Shown: positions 1 to 11,177 of the stretch, piece after piece
How positions within the stretch are numbered: the stretch's first letter is position 1
Layout of the letters: every line of letters begins with the position of its first letter
Assembly (NCBI GenBank): GCA_965644315.1
Contig: CBFFRQ010000073.1
Location: 20,092-84,091 of the forward strand
Reading direction: 5' to 3'
DNA length: 64,000 nucleotides
DNA from: Caecitellus pseudoparvulus
Lineage: Eukaryota; Protista; Bigyra: Bicosoecida
Made by a program: the position numbers and the translations under genes
Notes under the pieces: generated by a model
The model's database searches: none
What the model was told of the DNA's origin: nothing
The model's input: the letters and a program-made list of their open reading frames with translations, nothing else

Positions 1-600
1 GGTGACGTGCTCGTCTGGAGTGCGGGGCGGGGACGCGGCACGACATTCACTGTCTCGGCCGTGGTGGGCTTGGCGCACCCTGTCCAGGCGGGGGAGGAAG
101 CCGCTGCAGATGCGAACCCTCTTGCACGCTCTGACAGCACATCTGACGTGGGGGGCGGTGCCGGCCCTGCTGCACCGCCTGGCTTGGGCTTGCATGTGCT
201 GGTGGTGGACGATGACACAGCCACTCGGCGCATCGTGTCGCGCCTGGTGCGCCGGCTCCCAGGTGTGGCCACAGTGGCATGTGCCAGCGATGGGCGGGAG
301 GCAGTGTCGGCCGTGCTGGGGGATGACGCGGGGCCCATGCCGCACCTCATCACGCTGGACAACTCCATGCCACGCCTGACGGGGGAGGAGGCTGCGCTGG
401 AGCTGCGCGCGGGGGGCTTCCAAGGTCTCATTGTGGGCATGACTGGCAACGCCCTGGCGTGCGACCTTGCGTCCTTCCGGGACGCTGGCGCTGATGAAGT
501 TGTCGTGAAGCCTGTGCGCCGAGTGGACCTCGTGCGTGCTGTGGAGCAGGCGCTGCAGCGCAAGGGGGGCGCACCCCCCCCCGAACTGTCACCAGTGTAG
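1..600 (+). CDS. Hybrid sensor histidine kinase/response regulator, C-terminal part (5' truncated by window edge)
   Basis: End of HATPase G2 box (SAGRGRGTTFTVS) followed by a receiver domain: VLVVDD, phosphoacceptor ITLDNSMP, GMTG, VVKP. Stop TAG at 598-600. Confidence 0.85.
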   Translation, partial: GDVLVWSAGRGRGTTFTVSAVVGLAHPVQAGEEAAADANPLARSDSTSDVGGGAGPAAPPGLGLHVLVVDDDTATRRIVSRLVRRLPGVATVACASDGREAVSAVLGDDAGPMPHLITLDNSMPRLTGEEAALELRAGGFQGLIVGMTGNALACDLASFRDAGADEVVVKPVRRVDLVRAVEQALQRKGGAPPPELSPV

Positions 601-737
601 AGCCTGGGTGCTTGCGCCCCGCCCGCAAATGCAGTACGCTTCTGTGGTGCCGTTTTCCCACGCGGAAGGCTCCTACTGGCGCTGTAGAAGCCGCCCGCCT
701 GCGCTTGAGCACACCGGCCCTGGCAATTACCGCAGGC

Positions 738-2246
738 ATGGAGGCGCCCAGCGTAGCTGATGTGGTGGAGGGACTGCGCCGGGAGCCGGCCCGCCTGCGT
801 GAGGAGGAGGAGGAGATTTCTCGCCAGCTTCGAGAGCTCTCCTTGGAGAAGTCAGCCGTGCACCTGGCTGCTCACAACGCTGACAAGCAGGTGTCGGCGT
901 GTGTGCTGGAGGTGCACCAGCACCTCTCCGCTGCCACGCAGCAAGCCGCTGCCCTCGCCGCAACACAGACAGATGCGCTGCGCCAAGCAAACACAGCAAT
1001 GGAAGCAGTGGCCAGCGTGGGCGACCTGTCAGACCAGCAGTCGACGTTGCACGACGTGTTGGAGCTGCCACAGGTGATGGAGGCGTGTGTGCGGGCTGGC
1101 ATGGCAGGCGACGCCGCGAAGCTGGGAGGCGTCGTCCTGCGCCTACACCTGGCGCACGGCGGGCCAGCGGCGCCGGAGTCAGTCCAGCGCCTCCTGGACA
1201 CTCTCGTGTCCGACGCTGTGGCTGCGCTGCGGGAGCAGGCTGCACGCCTGCAGCGCGCGCTGCAGCGGGACGCCGCCCTCTCCGCCGCCCTGGACAACGT
1301 GGGGCACCTCAGGGACACGCTGCGCCTCCTGCAGGGTCTGGACGAGGCACAGGAGCCCGACGCAGAGCAGGCAGAGGCTGCCTGCCGTGCCGCCTTCCTC
1401 GCAGCAAGGCAGACTGGCCTCGGGCGTGCAGGGGAGGGGGGCACCGGCGGCAGTGGGCGCCCAGGGGCTGCGTTCCGGCGCCAGACTGACACCTTTGCCC
1501 GCGTGGTGCGGGACACGTGTGCCCAGTACGGCGGCATCTTCCACAGTGGCGCACCGCCCCTGCAAGTGCTGGTGGCGGACACTCCCTTTGCGCAGTGGTT
1601 GGAGGGGGTGGTGCGGGTCTGGGTGGATGACCTCGTGGCAGTCCTGCCCAAGGTGCATTCCAGTGCAGACGTAGCAGCCTTGCAGGAGGCCGCACTTCAC
1701 GCGTGCGCCGTGCTGGGCGGCCTGGGCACAGACCCCTCGCCACAGGTGCAGGCGCACTTTCAAGCACACGTAGTGGGTCAGCTAGCGCTGGCGTGGGCGG
1801 CAGGCGCTGAGAGCCTGACCAGCACCATCGCCTCGGCGGCGGCATCGCAGCGGGCTGGGGCCTTGGTGGGCGGCGGGGACTTGAGGGTGGGGGATGCGCC
1901 GGACACGGGCAGCGGGGCGGGGTCGGCTCCCTCCACCTTGGCTGTGCCGACCGAGGCCTTGAGGGTGCCGTGTGTGGGGGCGTTTGCTGCAGCTTGCCAG
2001 CGGGCATGGAAGGAGTGGCGGGCGCTGGTGCCACCAGGGGGCGCCGCCCAAGTCCAGGCTGCGCTGGATCTGTGCTGCGGCAGGGTGGCCAGCGCGTTGC
2101 GCACGCTTCAGCGCAGCGTTGTGCAAGGGGGGGGGGCGCGGGACGTAGAGTGGCGGCACGCCGCGGATGCTGCAGTGCAGGCAGTGAAGTTGGGTGCGTT
2201 GCCTGTGTTGGAGGGCATTGCTGCGGACGTGCAGGGGTGGGCGTGA
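738..2246 (+). CDS. COG8: Conserved oligomeric Golgi complex subunit 8 (Dor1-like)
   Basis: N-terminal coiled coil (EPARLREEEEEISRQLRELSLE) and the motif DVLELPQVMEACVR typical of COG8/Dor1. ATG 738 is in frame with ORF 612..2246. Confidence 0.75.
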   Translation: MEAPSVADVVEGLRREPARLREEEEEISRQLRELSLEKSAVHLAAHNADKQVSACVLEVHQHLSAATQQAAALAATQTDALRQANTAMEAVASVGDLSDQQSTLHDVLELPQVMEACVRAGMAGDAAKLGGVVLRLHLAHGGPAAPESVQRLLDTLVSDAVAALREQAARLQRALQRDAALSAALDNVGHLRDTLRLLQGLDEAQEPDAEQAEAACRAAFLAARQTGLGRAGEGGTGGSGRPGAAFRRQTDTFARVVRDTCAQYGGIFHSGAPPLQVLVADTPFAQWLEGVVRVWVDDLVAVLPKVHSSADVAALQEAALHACAVLGGLGTDPSPQVQAHFQAHVVGQLALAWAAGAESLTSTIASAAASQRAGALVGGGDLRVGDAPDTGSGAGSAPSTLAVPTEALRVPCVGAFAAACQRAWKEWRALVPPGGAAQVQAALDLCCGRVASALRTLQRSVVQGGGARDVEWRHAADAAVQAVKLGALPVLEGIAADVQGWA

Positions 2247-2457
2247 TAATGTAGCGTTTCTCGTCAACACCCCCCCCCCCCCCCTTGCACCACCCCTTGC
2301 CTCGCTGACCCTCGTTGCAGAGGCAAGTGTGTTCAAAAACCCACGTACTTCCCACTTTTCACGCCTGTACAATTGCAGTGTGCTCGTGCCTGCAGTGATC
2401 CCCCCGTACACCCTGTGCCTGTGCCTGGAAAGCGGAACCACACTTCGCACCTTCGCG

Positions 2458-4409
2458 ATGGCTGCCGTTCGCTCCAAGGCTCTCGAGAGCCTGCGCCGCC
2501 TCAACGCTGTGGCAGCTGCAAGTGTGCCCTCTGGGGCATCCTTCTGCTCCCTCTACAGCGCCGTGGCGTGCCCCATGTCCACCATGGCGACAGGGGCTGC
2601 TGCCGTGAAGCAGGGCGGCATGCCCCAGGGCACCCCCGCCGCTGGCGGCGCCCCTGCCCAGGACGACCTGAAGACCATGCCCGACGAGGAAATCGTGAAG
2701 CTGCTGTCTGCAGGCGTATTCCCTCACCACAAGCTGGAGAGCCTGCTGGGTGACGCAACGCGGGCAGTGCACATCCGCCGGAAGCACCTGGAGGTGACGC
2801 TGTCCGCAAGCGAGCTGGGCGATGCTGCCGCCGCTTCTGTGGCTGGCTTGCCTGTGGATCGCTTCAACGAGGATGTCTTCTACCAGTCCATCGAAGGCAC
2901 CAACTGCGAGAACGTCATTGGGTGAGTCCCACGCCAGGTGTTCCCGAGTGCGGGGTTTCGCTTGCAGCTGCCCTGGGCGCGCTGGGGCAGAAGGTTTGCA
3001 CTTTCCCTGCCCTCCCCGCGCCCCCGCAGGTACATCCCATACCCAGTTGGCGTCATTGGCCCCCTTACACTGGATGGCAAGGACGTTCATGTGCCCATGG
3101 CCACGACAGAGGTGCGCATTGCCGCGGGCGTTTCCGGCGCACCAGCGCCACCCAAACCGTCCGGTACTTGCACTCGCTTCCCCCTCCCCCCTCACAGGGC
3201 GCCCTTCTGGCCAGCGCCAACCGAGGCGCACGTGCCATCTCTCTGGCAGGAGGTGCCACCACCAACCTCCACGATGACGGCATGACCCGTGCCCCCCTCA
3301 TCAAGATGCCCACGACGGCTGCCGCAGCCGAGCTGAGGGCGTGGGTGGAGCAGCCTGAGAACTTTGCCACATTGGAGGCAGCCTTCAACTCCACCACCCG
3401 CTTCGGCAAGCTGCGCAGTGTGACGTGCACTGTCGCCGGCCGCAACGTCTTCGTGCGTTTCCGCTGCTTCACTGGTGACGCCATGGGCATGAACATGATC
3501 ACCAAGGGCGTCGCCGAGGCGCTGACGGTGCTGCAGAGCGAATTCCCCGCCATGCGCCTGCTGGCCCTCTCTGGCAACATGTGCACGGACAAGAAGCCCT
3601 CTGCCGTGAACTGGGTCAACGGCCGCGGTAAGACCGTCACCGCCGAGGTGCACCTCACGGGCGACATCCTGGCCAAGGTGCTCAAGACCAACGCCGACGC
3701 GCTGGTGGAGCTGAACACCGCCAAGAACCTCGTCGGCTCCGCCATGGCTGGCTCTGTCGGCGGCTTCAACGCCCACGCCTCCAACCTCGTCACTGCCGTG
3801 TACCTGGCGACGGGGCAGGACCCCGCCCAGAACGTCGAGTCCTCCAACTGCATCACGCTGTTTGAGAAGGACGAGTCTGGGGACGGCGTGTACGCTTCCG
3901 TCACCATGCCCTCCATTGAGGTGGGCTCCGTCGGCGGCGGCACGTCCTTGCCTGCCCAGAGCGCCGCCCTGTCCATGATGGGCGTCAAGGGTGCCTCCCA
4001 GGACACGCCTGGTGCCAACTCCCAGCAGCTGGCACGCATCGTGGCCGGCGCGACGCTGGCCGGTGAGCTCTCCCTCATGGCTGCGCTCACCTCCGGGGAT
4101 CTCCTGTCTGCACACATCAAGCTGAACCGCAAGACGGCGCCAGCTGGTGTGGGTGCAGACACGCCTGCCGCTTCCCCAGCAGGCATTGCTTCCTTCTCCA
4201 CCGCCACGGCGGGTGGCGCCGCCGGCTCCGGCCGCCGCTCCCGCTCCCCCTCCGTGCACCCTCACGCTGGGCCCGGCGGAGGTGTCGGCGCCTTCAAGGT
4301 GCCCACGGCTGCCGTCGCCCCCGGCCGCCGCTTCTTCGCTGCCCCCCGGGTCACCTCCCCTGACCTGGACATGGACGGCAGCGAGACCCCTCGCCTGACC
4401 GTGCCCTGA
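2458..4409 (+). CDS. HMGR: HMG-CoA reductase class I, soluble form; 3 exons (introns 2922-3029, 3112-3197)
   Basis: Motifs CENVIG|YIPYPVG, PMATTE|GALLAS, TGDAMGMNM, DKKP, GQDPAQNVESS, VGGGT and catalytic His in LLSAHIKLNR. GT-AG introns join the frames cleanly. Confidence 0.97.
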
Positions 4410-4485
4410 GCGGCGCCCCCGCGCCTCCACATGGCACGCGGCACGCGCGTGCACGAGTGAATTGCAATGTACCCACAACCCCACC

Positions 4486-5717
4486 TCACGCCTCAGCCGC
4501 CAGCGCCAGGGCGTTGGCGAGGCGGGTCACTTCCTCCAAGTTGCCAAGCTTGCCTGCCCACGCCAGCCAGTCCACGGAGTCACCTGGGTCGCTGCCAGCA
4601 GCAGCGAGAGCCCCCACGATGGGCGCCCGGCCGCAGTTGTCCCCTGACAGCGCTACGTTGGTGCGCACGGCAGTGGCAAAGTGTGGCGGCACCGTGCTGC
4701 TCACTGCGAACAGCGCCAACGGCACCGACATCTTCAGGTCGCACGCTGGCGTGTACTTCTTCGAGATGGCAGCGAGCTCGCCGCTGGCCGACTTGGCGTC
4801 CTCCACTGCCCCTGTTGCCAGCGTGATCGCCTCGCTGCTGGCGGTGGCGCTGGAGAGTCCCTCGGAAATAGCCGACCCAAGGTCAGTGCCGGCGATGGCG
4901 GCTGCCAGGCTGCGCACAAGGGCCAGGGACACCACCACGGCGTCGTCAGTGTTCACCAGCGTCCGCACCACCGCCTCTGTCTTGGCATCCAGCTCCGCGC
5001 TGCCGGCGAAGCGAGCTGCAAGGATAACCAGCGTGCCTAGGATGGTGGAGTCGCCGTGCTCCGTGGTGCCGGACAGCGGCCCAACCTTGGCTGGCCCCCC
5101 CTCAGCTGTCATCTTTGCGATGAAGGCCTTCAGCACGCTGGGCATGTACCCCGTGTACGCGCCACCCGGACCTGTGTCGGACGCTCAGGAACGGCGTGCG
5201 CGCAGGCACGAAGGCATGCTTTGCACGACACGCACCGAATGTCGCCAGCACCTTCGTCTGGAAATCCTCCACGTCAAGGTCGCCCTTCTCAATCAGGGAC
5301 CGCGCCAGGACGAGGCCCAGCTCCGTGTAGTACGTCGTCTGCTTGGCAGAGCAGGTGGGTGTGACCACGGAATCCCCGCAGTTCGGCGACGGTCTCACTC
5401 ACGTCACCTGTCTTGAGGGTGCTGTGCGCAAAGTACGCGGGTACACCAGCATGGTAGGTGCCACTAGCATCCTGAGGGATGAACGCGAAGTCCCCCTTGT
5501 TGTGCTCAGAGGCAACTTGCTCCACGCGCGCCTGGGCAGTGGGACGCAGTGCGGCGTGGTGAAACTCCGCAAGCCAAGCCCCGCGCGCTTAATGCGCACG
5601 CACGACGTCGTACACCCAATGCACAGGCATGGCAGCAGCATCTGCGACTGCTGCACCCAGAACCGCAAGGATGCGCCGGCGCGAAGATGCACTGGCGGCA
5701 GGCACTTGAGAGGCCAT
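4486..5717 (-). CDS. ADP-ribosylglycohydrolase family protein (crystallin J1/SelJ-like); 4 exons (introns about 5532-5603, 5343-5402, 5172-5235)
   Basis: N-terminal LGAAVADAAAMPVHWVYD, internal FGPGGAY and C-terminal GDNCGRAPIVGAL match the crystallin J1/SelJ branch of the ARH fold. Canonical splice sites restore one frame. Confidence 0.8.
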
Positions 5718-5921
5718 GACGAAAGTCTGCCTGGCGTGGTCAGAGGGGGCAATAGGTGCGTCGCGGTTTGCAGCAGTGTCAGGTGTAAGCAGACAAACGT
5801 ATGTGTGTGGATTGTGACACCCAGAGCTAAAACGTGCACCACTCTTTGCCGCCGTTCGACGCACACCCACCCCCCTCTCCAGCTGCCTGCCAAGTGGCTG
5901 CCTCAGCATCAGCTCCACGTC

Positions 5922-7415
5922 ATGGCACAGCGTATTGCCGTCGTGGGCGGCGGCCCTGCCGGGCTAGCCTTTGCGTACACCTTGCGGAGAGTGTGCCCGA
6001 CAGTTGGCATTGACATTTTTGAGGCGTCCTCTCGTTGGGGTGGCTGGCTGCACACTGCTGAGCAAGACGGCTTCCTCTTTGAGCGGGGCTGCCGAGGCAT
6101 CCGAGCAAGTTCCGCAGCTGGCGCTCGAGCACTGGACCTCGTCTCATGCCTGGGATTGAGCGCCCAGGCGCTGCCTGCTGCTGCTGAAGCCAACAAAAGA
6201 TACATTTGGTACAACGGGCAGCTCTCCCAGGTTCCGAGGTCGCTCGTGCAAGCAGCGCAGTGGCCGTTGTTGGGCAGCCCACTGGCGCTGCTGCGCTCGG
6301 CGCTGTCCACCGCTCCCGCGTTGCAGCCAGGGGAAGACATCTCAGTGCGGGACTTGGTGACGCGGCACTTGGGCGAGGCGGTGGCAGACAACATCGTCGA
6401 TGCAGTGCTGTCTGGTGTGTACGCTGGGGACGCTAGGCAACTCAGTGCACGCAGCGTGTTGCCGTTCCTGGTTGACTGGCTGCAGGCTGGACAGGGCAAT
6501 CTTGCCCGAGGCGCAGTCACGCGCGTCGCCACCACCCACTCTGCACCTGGGCCAGAGCCAGCTCGGATGTTCCCCAGAGACCCCCTGCGAGACACGCTTC
6601 GCCGGGCCTCCAGCGTGAACTTCGTGAATGGCATGAGCACCCTCCCTCGTGCGCTGGCGGGCGCACTGGGTCGGGAGGGTGCCGGGCTGCACTTGCAGCA
6701 GCCCATTGACAGCTTGGAAATGGGAGTCGATAACCAGAGCGTGCAGGTTTGCAGTGGCGGCGAGCGCCATGGGCCGTACGACTACGCCGTCCTTGCCTGC
6801 CCGGCGCACGCAGCTGCCCAGGCCGTGCAGAGCGTCGCCGCCACCGCAGCGAGCGACCTGAGAGGCATCCCCTCTGCCTCGGTAAGCACAGTGTGTATGG
6901 GGTGGAAGAGCGCCTCCCACCACCAAGTGCTGGGCGGAAGGGTTGGCTTCGGCTACCTCGTCCCATCAGCCCAGCGCAGCCTCGCCCCTGGCGTTCTTGG
7001 CGTCGTGTGGGACAGCTGCGCCTTCCCTGGGCAGGCGCCGGGCGATGCCGGGGGTGTGAGAGTCAGCGTCATGTTTGGGGGTGCGACTGTGTCTGGGCAC
7101 CCCAACTCTTGGAGCGAGGGCGAGCTCAAGGAAGCTGCCGTGGCGGCCCTCGTGAACCACCTGCACGGCGGCGACGCGGCTGCGCTGCCACAGCACGACA
7201 CAGTCCTCGTACAGCGCTCAGACAACTGCATTCCCCAGTACACCCTTGGCCACGGAAAGAGAGTGTCAGGAGCCCGCAGCGACATCGCCCGCGCTTTCGG
7301 AGGCAGGGTGAGCTTGCTGGGCAACAGCTATGACGGGGTTGGGATTGCGGACACCCTAGCGGCTGCGCAGGCGGCCGCCTGGGAAATGGCATCCACCTTG
7401 CGCAGCATCAGATGA
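5922..7415 (+). CDS. PPOX: Protoporphyrinogen oxidase (HemY/PPOX type)
   Basis: FAD-binding IAVVGGGPAGL, FERGCRGIR, SGVYAGDARQLS, GFGYLVP, IPQYTLGH, GNSYDGVGI. Confidence 0.95.
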   Translation: MAQRIAVVGGGPAGLAFAYTLRRVCPTVGIDIFEASSRWGGWLHTAEQDGFLFERGCRGIRASSAAGARALDLVSCLGLSAQALPAAAEANKRYIWYNGQLSQVPRSLVQAAQWPLLGSPLALLRSALSTAPALQPGEDISVRDLVTRHLGEAVADNIVDAVLSGVYAGDARQLSARSVLPFLVDWLQAGQGNLARGAVTRVATTHSAPGPEPARMFPRDPLRDTLRRASSVNFVNGMSTLPRALAGALGREGAGLHLQQPIDSLEMGVDNQSVQVCSGGERHGPYDYAVLACPAHAAAQAVQSVAATAASDLRGIPSASVSTVCMGWKSASHHQVLGGRVGFGYLVPSAQRSLAPGVLGVVWDSCAFPGQAPGDAGGVRVSVMFGGATVSGHPNSWSEGELKEAAVAALVNHLHGGDAAALPQHDTVLVQRSDNCIPQYTLGHGKRVSGARSDIARAFGGRVSLLGNSYDGVGIADTLAAAQAAAWEMASTLRSIR

Positions 7416-7420
7416 GTACG

Positions 7421-10400
7421 TCACAAGTCGCTATACTCGTGCTCGGCAGCCCCCGTCTCACCATAGCTGGCGTGGGCAAAGCCGCCCTCAGCGCCGCCAA
7501 GCTCACCGTCGTCTTCGTCAAAGTCCTCCACAACCTCCCCGTGCTTGGCAGGGTCGTACAGCTCGAATCCCTCACTCGACTGAAGAGAGGCAGAGCTTGC
7601 CTTGCTCCCATCACCCTTTTGCTGCTGCTCGTGCCGGTCCTGGACCCCTGCTTTGCCCGCAGCCTTGTCCCACATCAAGCTGGCACCCTCACCCAGCAAC
7701 ATCTGCTTGAGCCCCCTGACGCCCTCCTGCATCTCACGGTTGCGCGTGCGGTACGCTGTCATGTTCATCTTCGCAACCTTCCTCCAGTGCTTGTAGGACT
7801 TCAGGTTTTCTGCTTCCTTGGTTAGGCGGCGAGAGACAATGTCTGCTGCAGTGTTGCGCCGGATGCGGGCGCGGCCCTGCTCGACCCTGGCCTCTTTTGC
7901 TGGCAGCACAGTCAACTCTGGTGGAAGCGCGACGTTTTTCAGTCGATGGGCAAAGTACCTAAAGTGCGCATGGTGGGGTGGCTTGCCTTTGCGCGCAATG
8001 AACACTCCGCCTCCCCATACCTGCCCCGCTCGAAAGCGCCCCTCGTAGCCAAAGTCCCCCTTGTACGGGAGTGGGTAGTCGTCAAACTTGTCGTACTTTG
8101 ACATTGCTCCACGCGTTCGACCATACACGTCCTCATCACTGCTGCTGCCGCTGTCGCTGTCTGACGATGCCCCGACCTCCCCCAGAGCGCCCACTGCAGC
8201 GGCGCCTCCCCCGCGCACAAAGCGGTTGAACCTCGCTTGGCGCTTCTCCCGCCGGGCTCGTCGCCGCCGAGCCTTTGCTTCCTGCACCTCTTCATACTCC
8301 TTCATGGATGAGACACCCTTCAGCTGCCCGCCTTCGCCGGGCGCTGCCGCAGGCTCTGTGTCTTTGGCAAGTTCTGTGAGGTCCGCTGCCGGGCCAGGTG
8401 TGCTCCCCCCCTTGGCAGCCGCTTGCTGCTTCAGTTCCTTCGCTGTCATTGCGTGAAGCGCTTCTCTCTGCAAGGTATCGGGGGGGTTGTGCAGTTCGCT
8501 CTGCGTCCGCTGTCAGGCGAGCGCGTGCCCGTGAGACTCACCCGTTGCAACTTAGCGGCTTCCTGCCGCTCATCACGGTCAACGTTCAGGAAGGACAGCT
8601 CTCCGAAGCCATTCCTGAAGCCATCCAGGAAGTAACCAGAAAATGTTCCTTGAATCAAACTCACTTGCCCCTCTCCATGACCCTGCAGCAGGCCTCGCTC
8701 GAAGCGCCCCTCCATGCGACCCAGAGTCAAGTCTGCACTCGTACCCTGCCCGTGCAACTCGCCGTAGCGAAAGACCCCGAGCTGATTGACATCAGCGAAG
8801 GAACGCATGCCAGTCCCGTGGAGCATGCCATCCTTGAAGGTGCCCTCCATCACACCGCCTTGGCTGTCAATGTACTTGCCCTTGCCGTTCGGCACGCCTT
8901 GCCTCACTTCACCCTCGTACCGGGCTGTGCAACAAGCAGCGAGGACAAGTGCTCACGAAACACATGCGCTGTGCCACAGTTTAGACCCACATCCATCTGT
9001 GAACCTCAAGGAGCAGTGCCCCTCCAGCAGGCCGTCACAATACTCGTCTCCTTGCAGCAGGGAGGCCCTCAATCTGCGTTTTGGACAAGCGTAGGTCCCC
9101 CTGGCCAGGTCCCCGTTCGCGAAAACTTGCGTGCCTCGACCTCTGCGGCGAAAATACATGTGCGTTCGCTGAGAGCCTCGATGTCATGCCGGGGCTGCCG
9201 TACCTTCTCCGCTCACGCTTGAAGTGCCCCATGAACTTGCCGGACAAGTTCAGCTGAACGCCCAGCCCATGGCGCAGGCCACGAAGCCAGCCGCCCGAGT
9301 AGTACCCGCGGTCATCTGGAAACTTGAACATGCCCTTGCCATGCTTACGCCGGACCACGCGCACTCCGCGCATGTTCACCTCTTGAAAGTCACCTGGCAG
9401 CATCGGGTCCCAGTGCGACTTTGTGGACAGGGGCGGTTCTGCGGCAACGCGGCTTGGGCAGTGACCCTAGGGGCAGTGTATGGCACTGAATACTGCCCAG
9501 AGGGCCTACGCACTGCTTCTGAACTTGTGAAAGGCAACCTTAAAGTCTGCCCAGTTGTACTTGTGTGTGGCAAGGTACGCCAGACGCGCTCCTTCCGTCG
9601 CGTTCGCGAAGTCAATCGTCCATGTGCACGATTCTATGGGCTTGTGTGTGTGCACCTTGTTCAGGATAAATGGAGTGTTCAGCGGATCATCTCGCTGCGA
9701 TTGCATGAACTGCACCTTGAAGGCCATGCGCTTCTCGCGGGCCCGTGCATCTTCCAACTGTGCAGCGACCATGGCCAGGCGCTTCTTCTTGATGGCCACC
9801 TCCTCTGCCACAGTCTTGACCCCCTGCGGACACAAGAGAAGAAAAAGGTGCCAAGATGGCGCAGGTCATTCTTTTCGGGCTGCCCGCTAGCTTTACCGGA
9901 ATGTGCTGGTTGGGGATGGAGTCAATCAAGTCTTGTGCCTTTCGCATGTCCTCCCGCGCCTCTTCCAGCCCAACCCTCGTCGCAACCCACTCAGGGTCAT
10001 CGTCATCCAGTCCGGCCAACAGCCAGCAGGTGAGGGTTCGCGAGTCTACCTCTGGTGGCACGAAGTCTGCTACAAGCTGCACTGATCCACGGTACTCGTC
10101 CTGCTCGAGGCTGTCTGGTTCAAGCTCCGGCCACACCTTGGCCTTCACATAGTACCCCTCTGGAGGTGGTGCGCACTCCTCTTGCCAGTCTTGCGGCAAG
10201 AGGATGTTGCCAGTGCTTGCTTCGACGAAGAACTCGGCTTCGCAGGCAAAGGTGCTGTGGCGAGGCAAAGCAGCAAGAGGTGTGGATGGTTCTTCATGGC
10301 GTTGGAGTGCACCACGCAGGCCTGTGCCTTACGCATTCACAGTCTTGGGATTTGACAGCCGCACTCGGGGGATGAGCCTGCGGGAAGGCCACAGTGAAGT

Positions 10401-10546
10401 GCCACGCCAGGCCAGTGCAGGCGTTGAAACGCCACGCCGCCGCACCGAAAGCTGGTTGGCTTGCCTTCGAAGCCAATCCTGACGTAGAGCTCTGATTTGC
10501 GAACATCATCTAAAGGCCGTTGGCCAAACTCGGCCTCAGCAGCCAT
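7421..10546 (-). CDS. Multi-exon MORN-repeat protein with coiled-coil regions (possibly flagellar)
   Basis: MORN repeats (YYSGGWLRGLRHGLG, GVPNGKGKY, EGTFKDGMLHGTG, EGRFERGLLQGHG, GYFLDGFRNGFG) are spread over ORF fragments 9035-9403 and 8446-8907. 5' exons join via GT-AG introns from ATG 10546. The full exon structure is not resolved. Confidence 0.75.
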
Positions 10547-11177
10547 TGTGCCGACTAGCGGGAGGGGGAGCGGTTTGGAGGCGTTCACAAGCCTGCGGGG
10601 TCACAGGGAGTGGTGTCTGCCCTCGCCGTGAGCGCTGCGGGTTGTTTGCCCGGGCTGTGCGCTGCTAGCGGCACAGCTGGAAATCGAGCGATTATGCTGA
10701 GCCCTGTGTTTTGACGTCCCCCCTCCTGCTTCGCCTGCCCCCTGCTCACACAGCTTCGCAGCGCAGGAGCCTTGCCAGTCACAAGGGGTTGAAGGGCCCT
10801 CGTGTCAACTTTGCGCAGAGCTGGCAGCCCAAAACAAACAAAAAATCAAGGTGCCACACACATCGAGGCCCCGCAGCGCTATACCAGGGTGCGCGCTTGC
10901 CAACCGCACGCCCCGCGACAGTGAGTCGGGCTGCTGGCGCGAAGCGACGTTTCATGTGCTGGGTTTGCCAGAAGACTTGGCACGCGTGCGACGGCGTTTC
11001 CGACTCACCTGACGCACCACAGAGCACAGACTCTACAGTTTATTTGCCACACGAAGCCACTTCTTGCTGGTTGTCGCCTTGGCGTGTGGAGAGCGTGGAA
11101 GCAGGCTCACCCTCTGCTGCCTTGCGGAAACTGGAGCACTGGCTGCTGAAGCTTCCCTTGCCACGTGAACGGTAGGC

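Noticed and set aside
2922-3197. Introner-type mobile introns
   Set aside because: The introns examined share no extended similarity, terminal inverted repeats or consistent target-site duplications.
3065-4484. Long antisense and alternative-frame ORFs (here and e.g. 44097-46151, 61428-62933)
   Set aside because: Shadow ORFs caused by high GC3 codon bias opposite well-supported genes.
4486-4488. Selenocysteine readthrough of the TGA ending the SelJ-like gene
   Set aside because: The TGA is at the natural end of the fold; the downstream sequence is not protein-like and runs into HMGR; no SECIS recognised.
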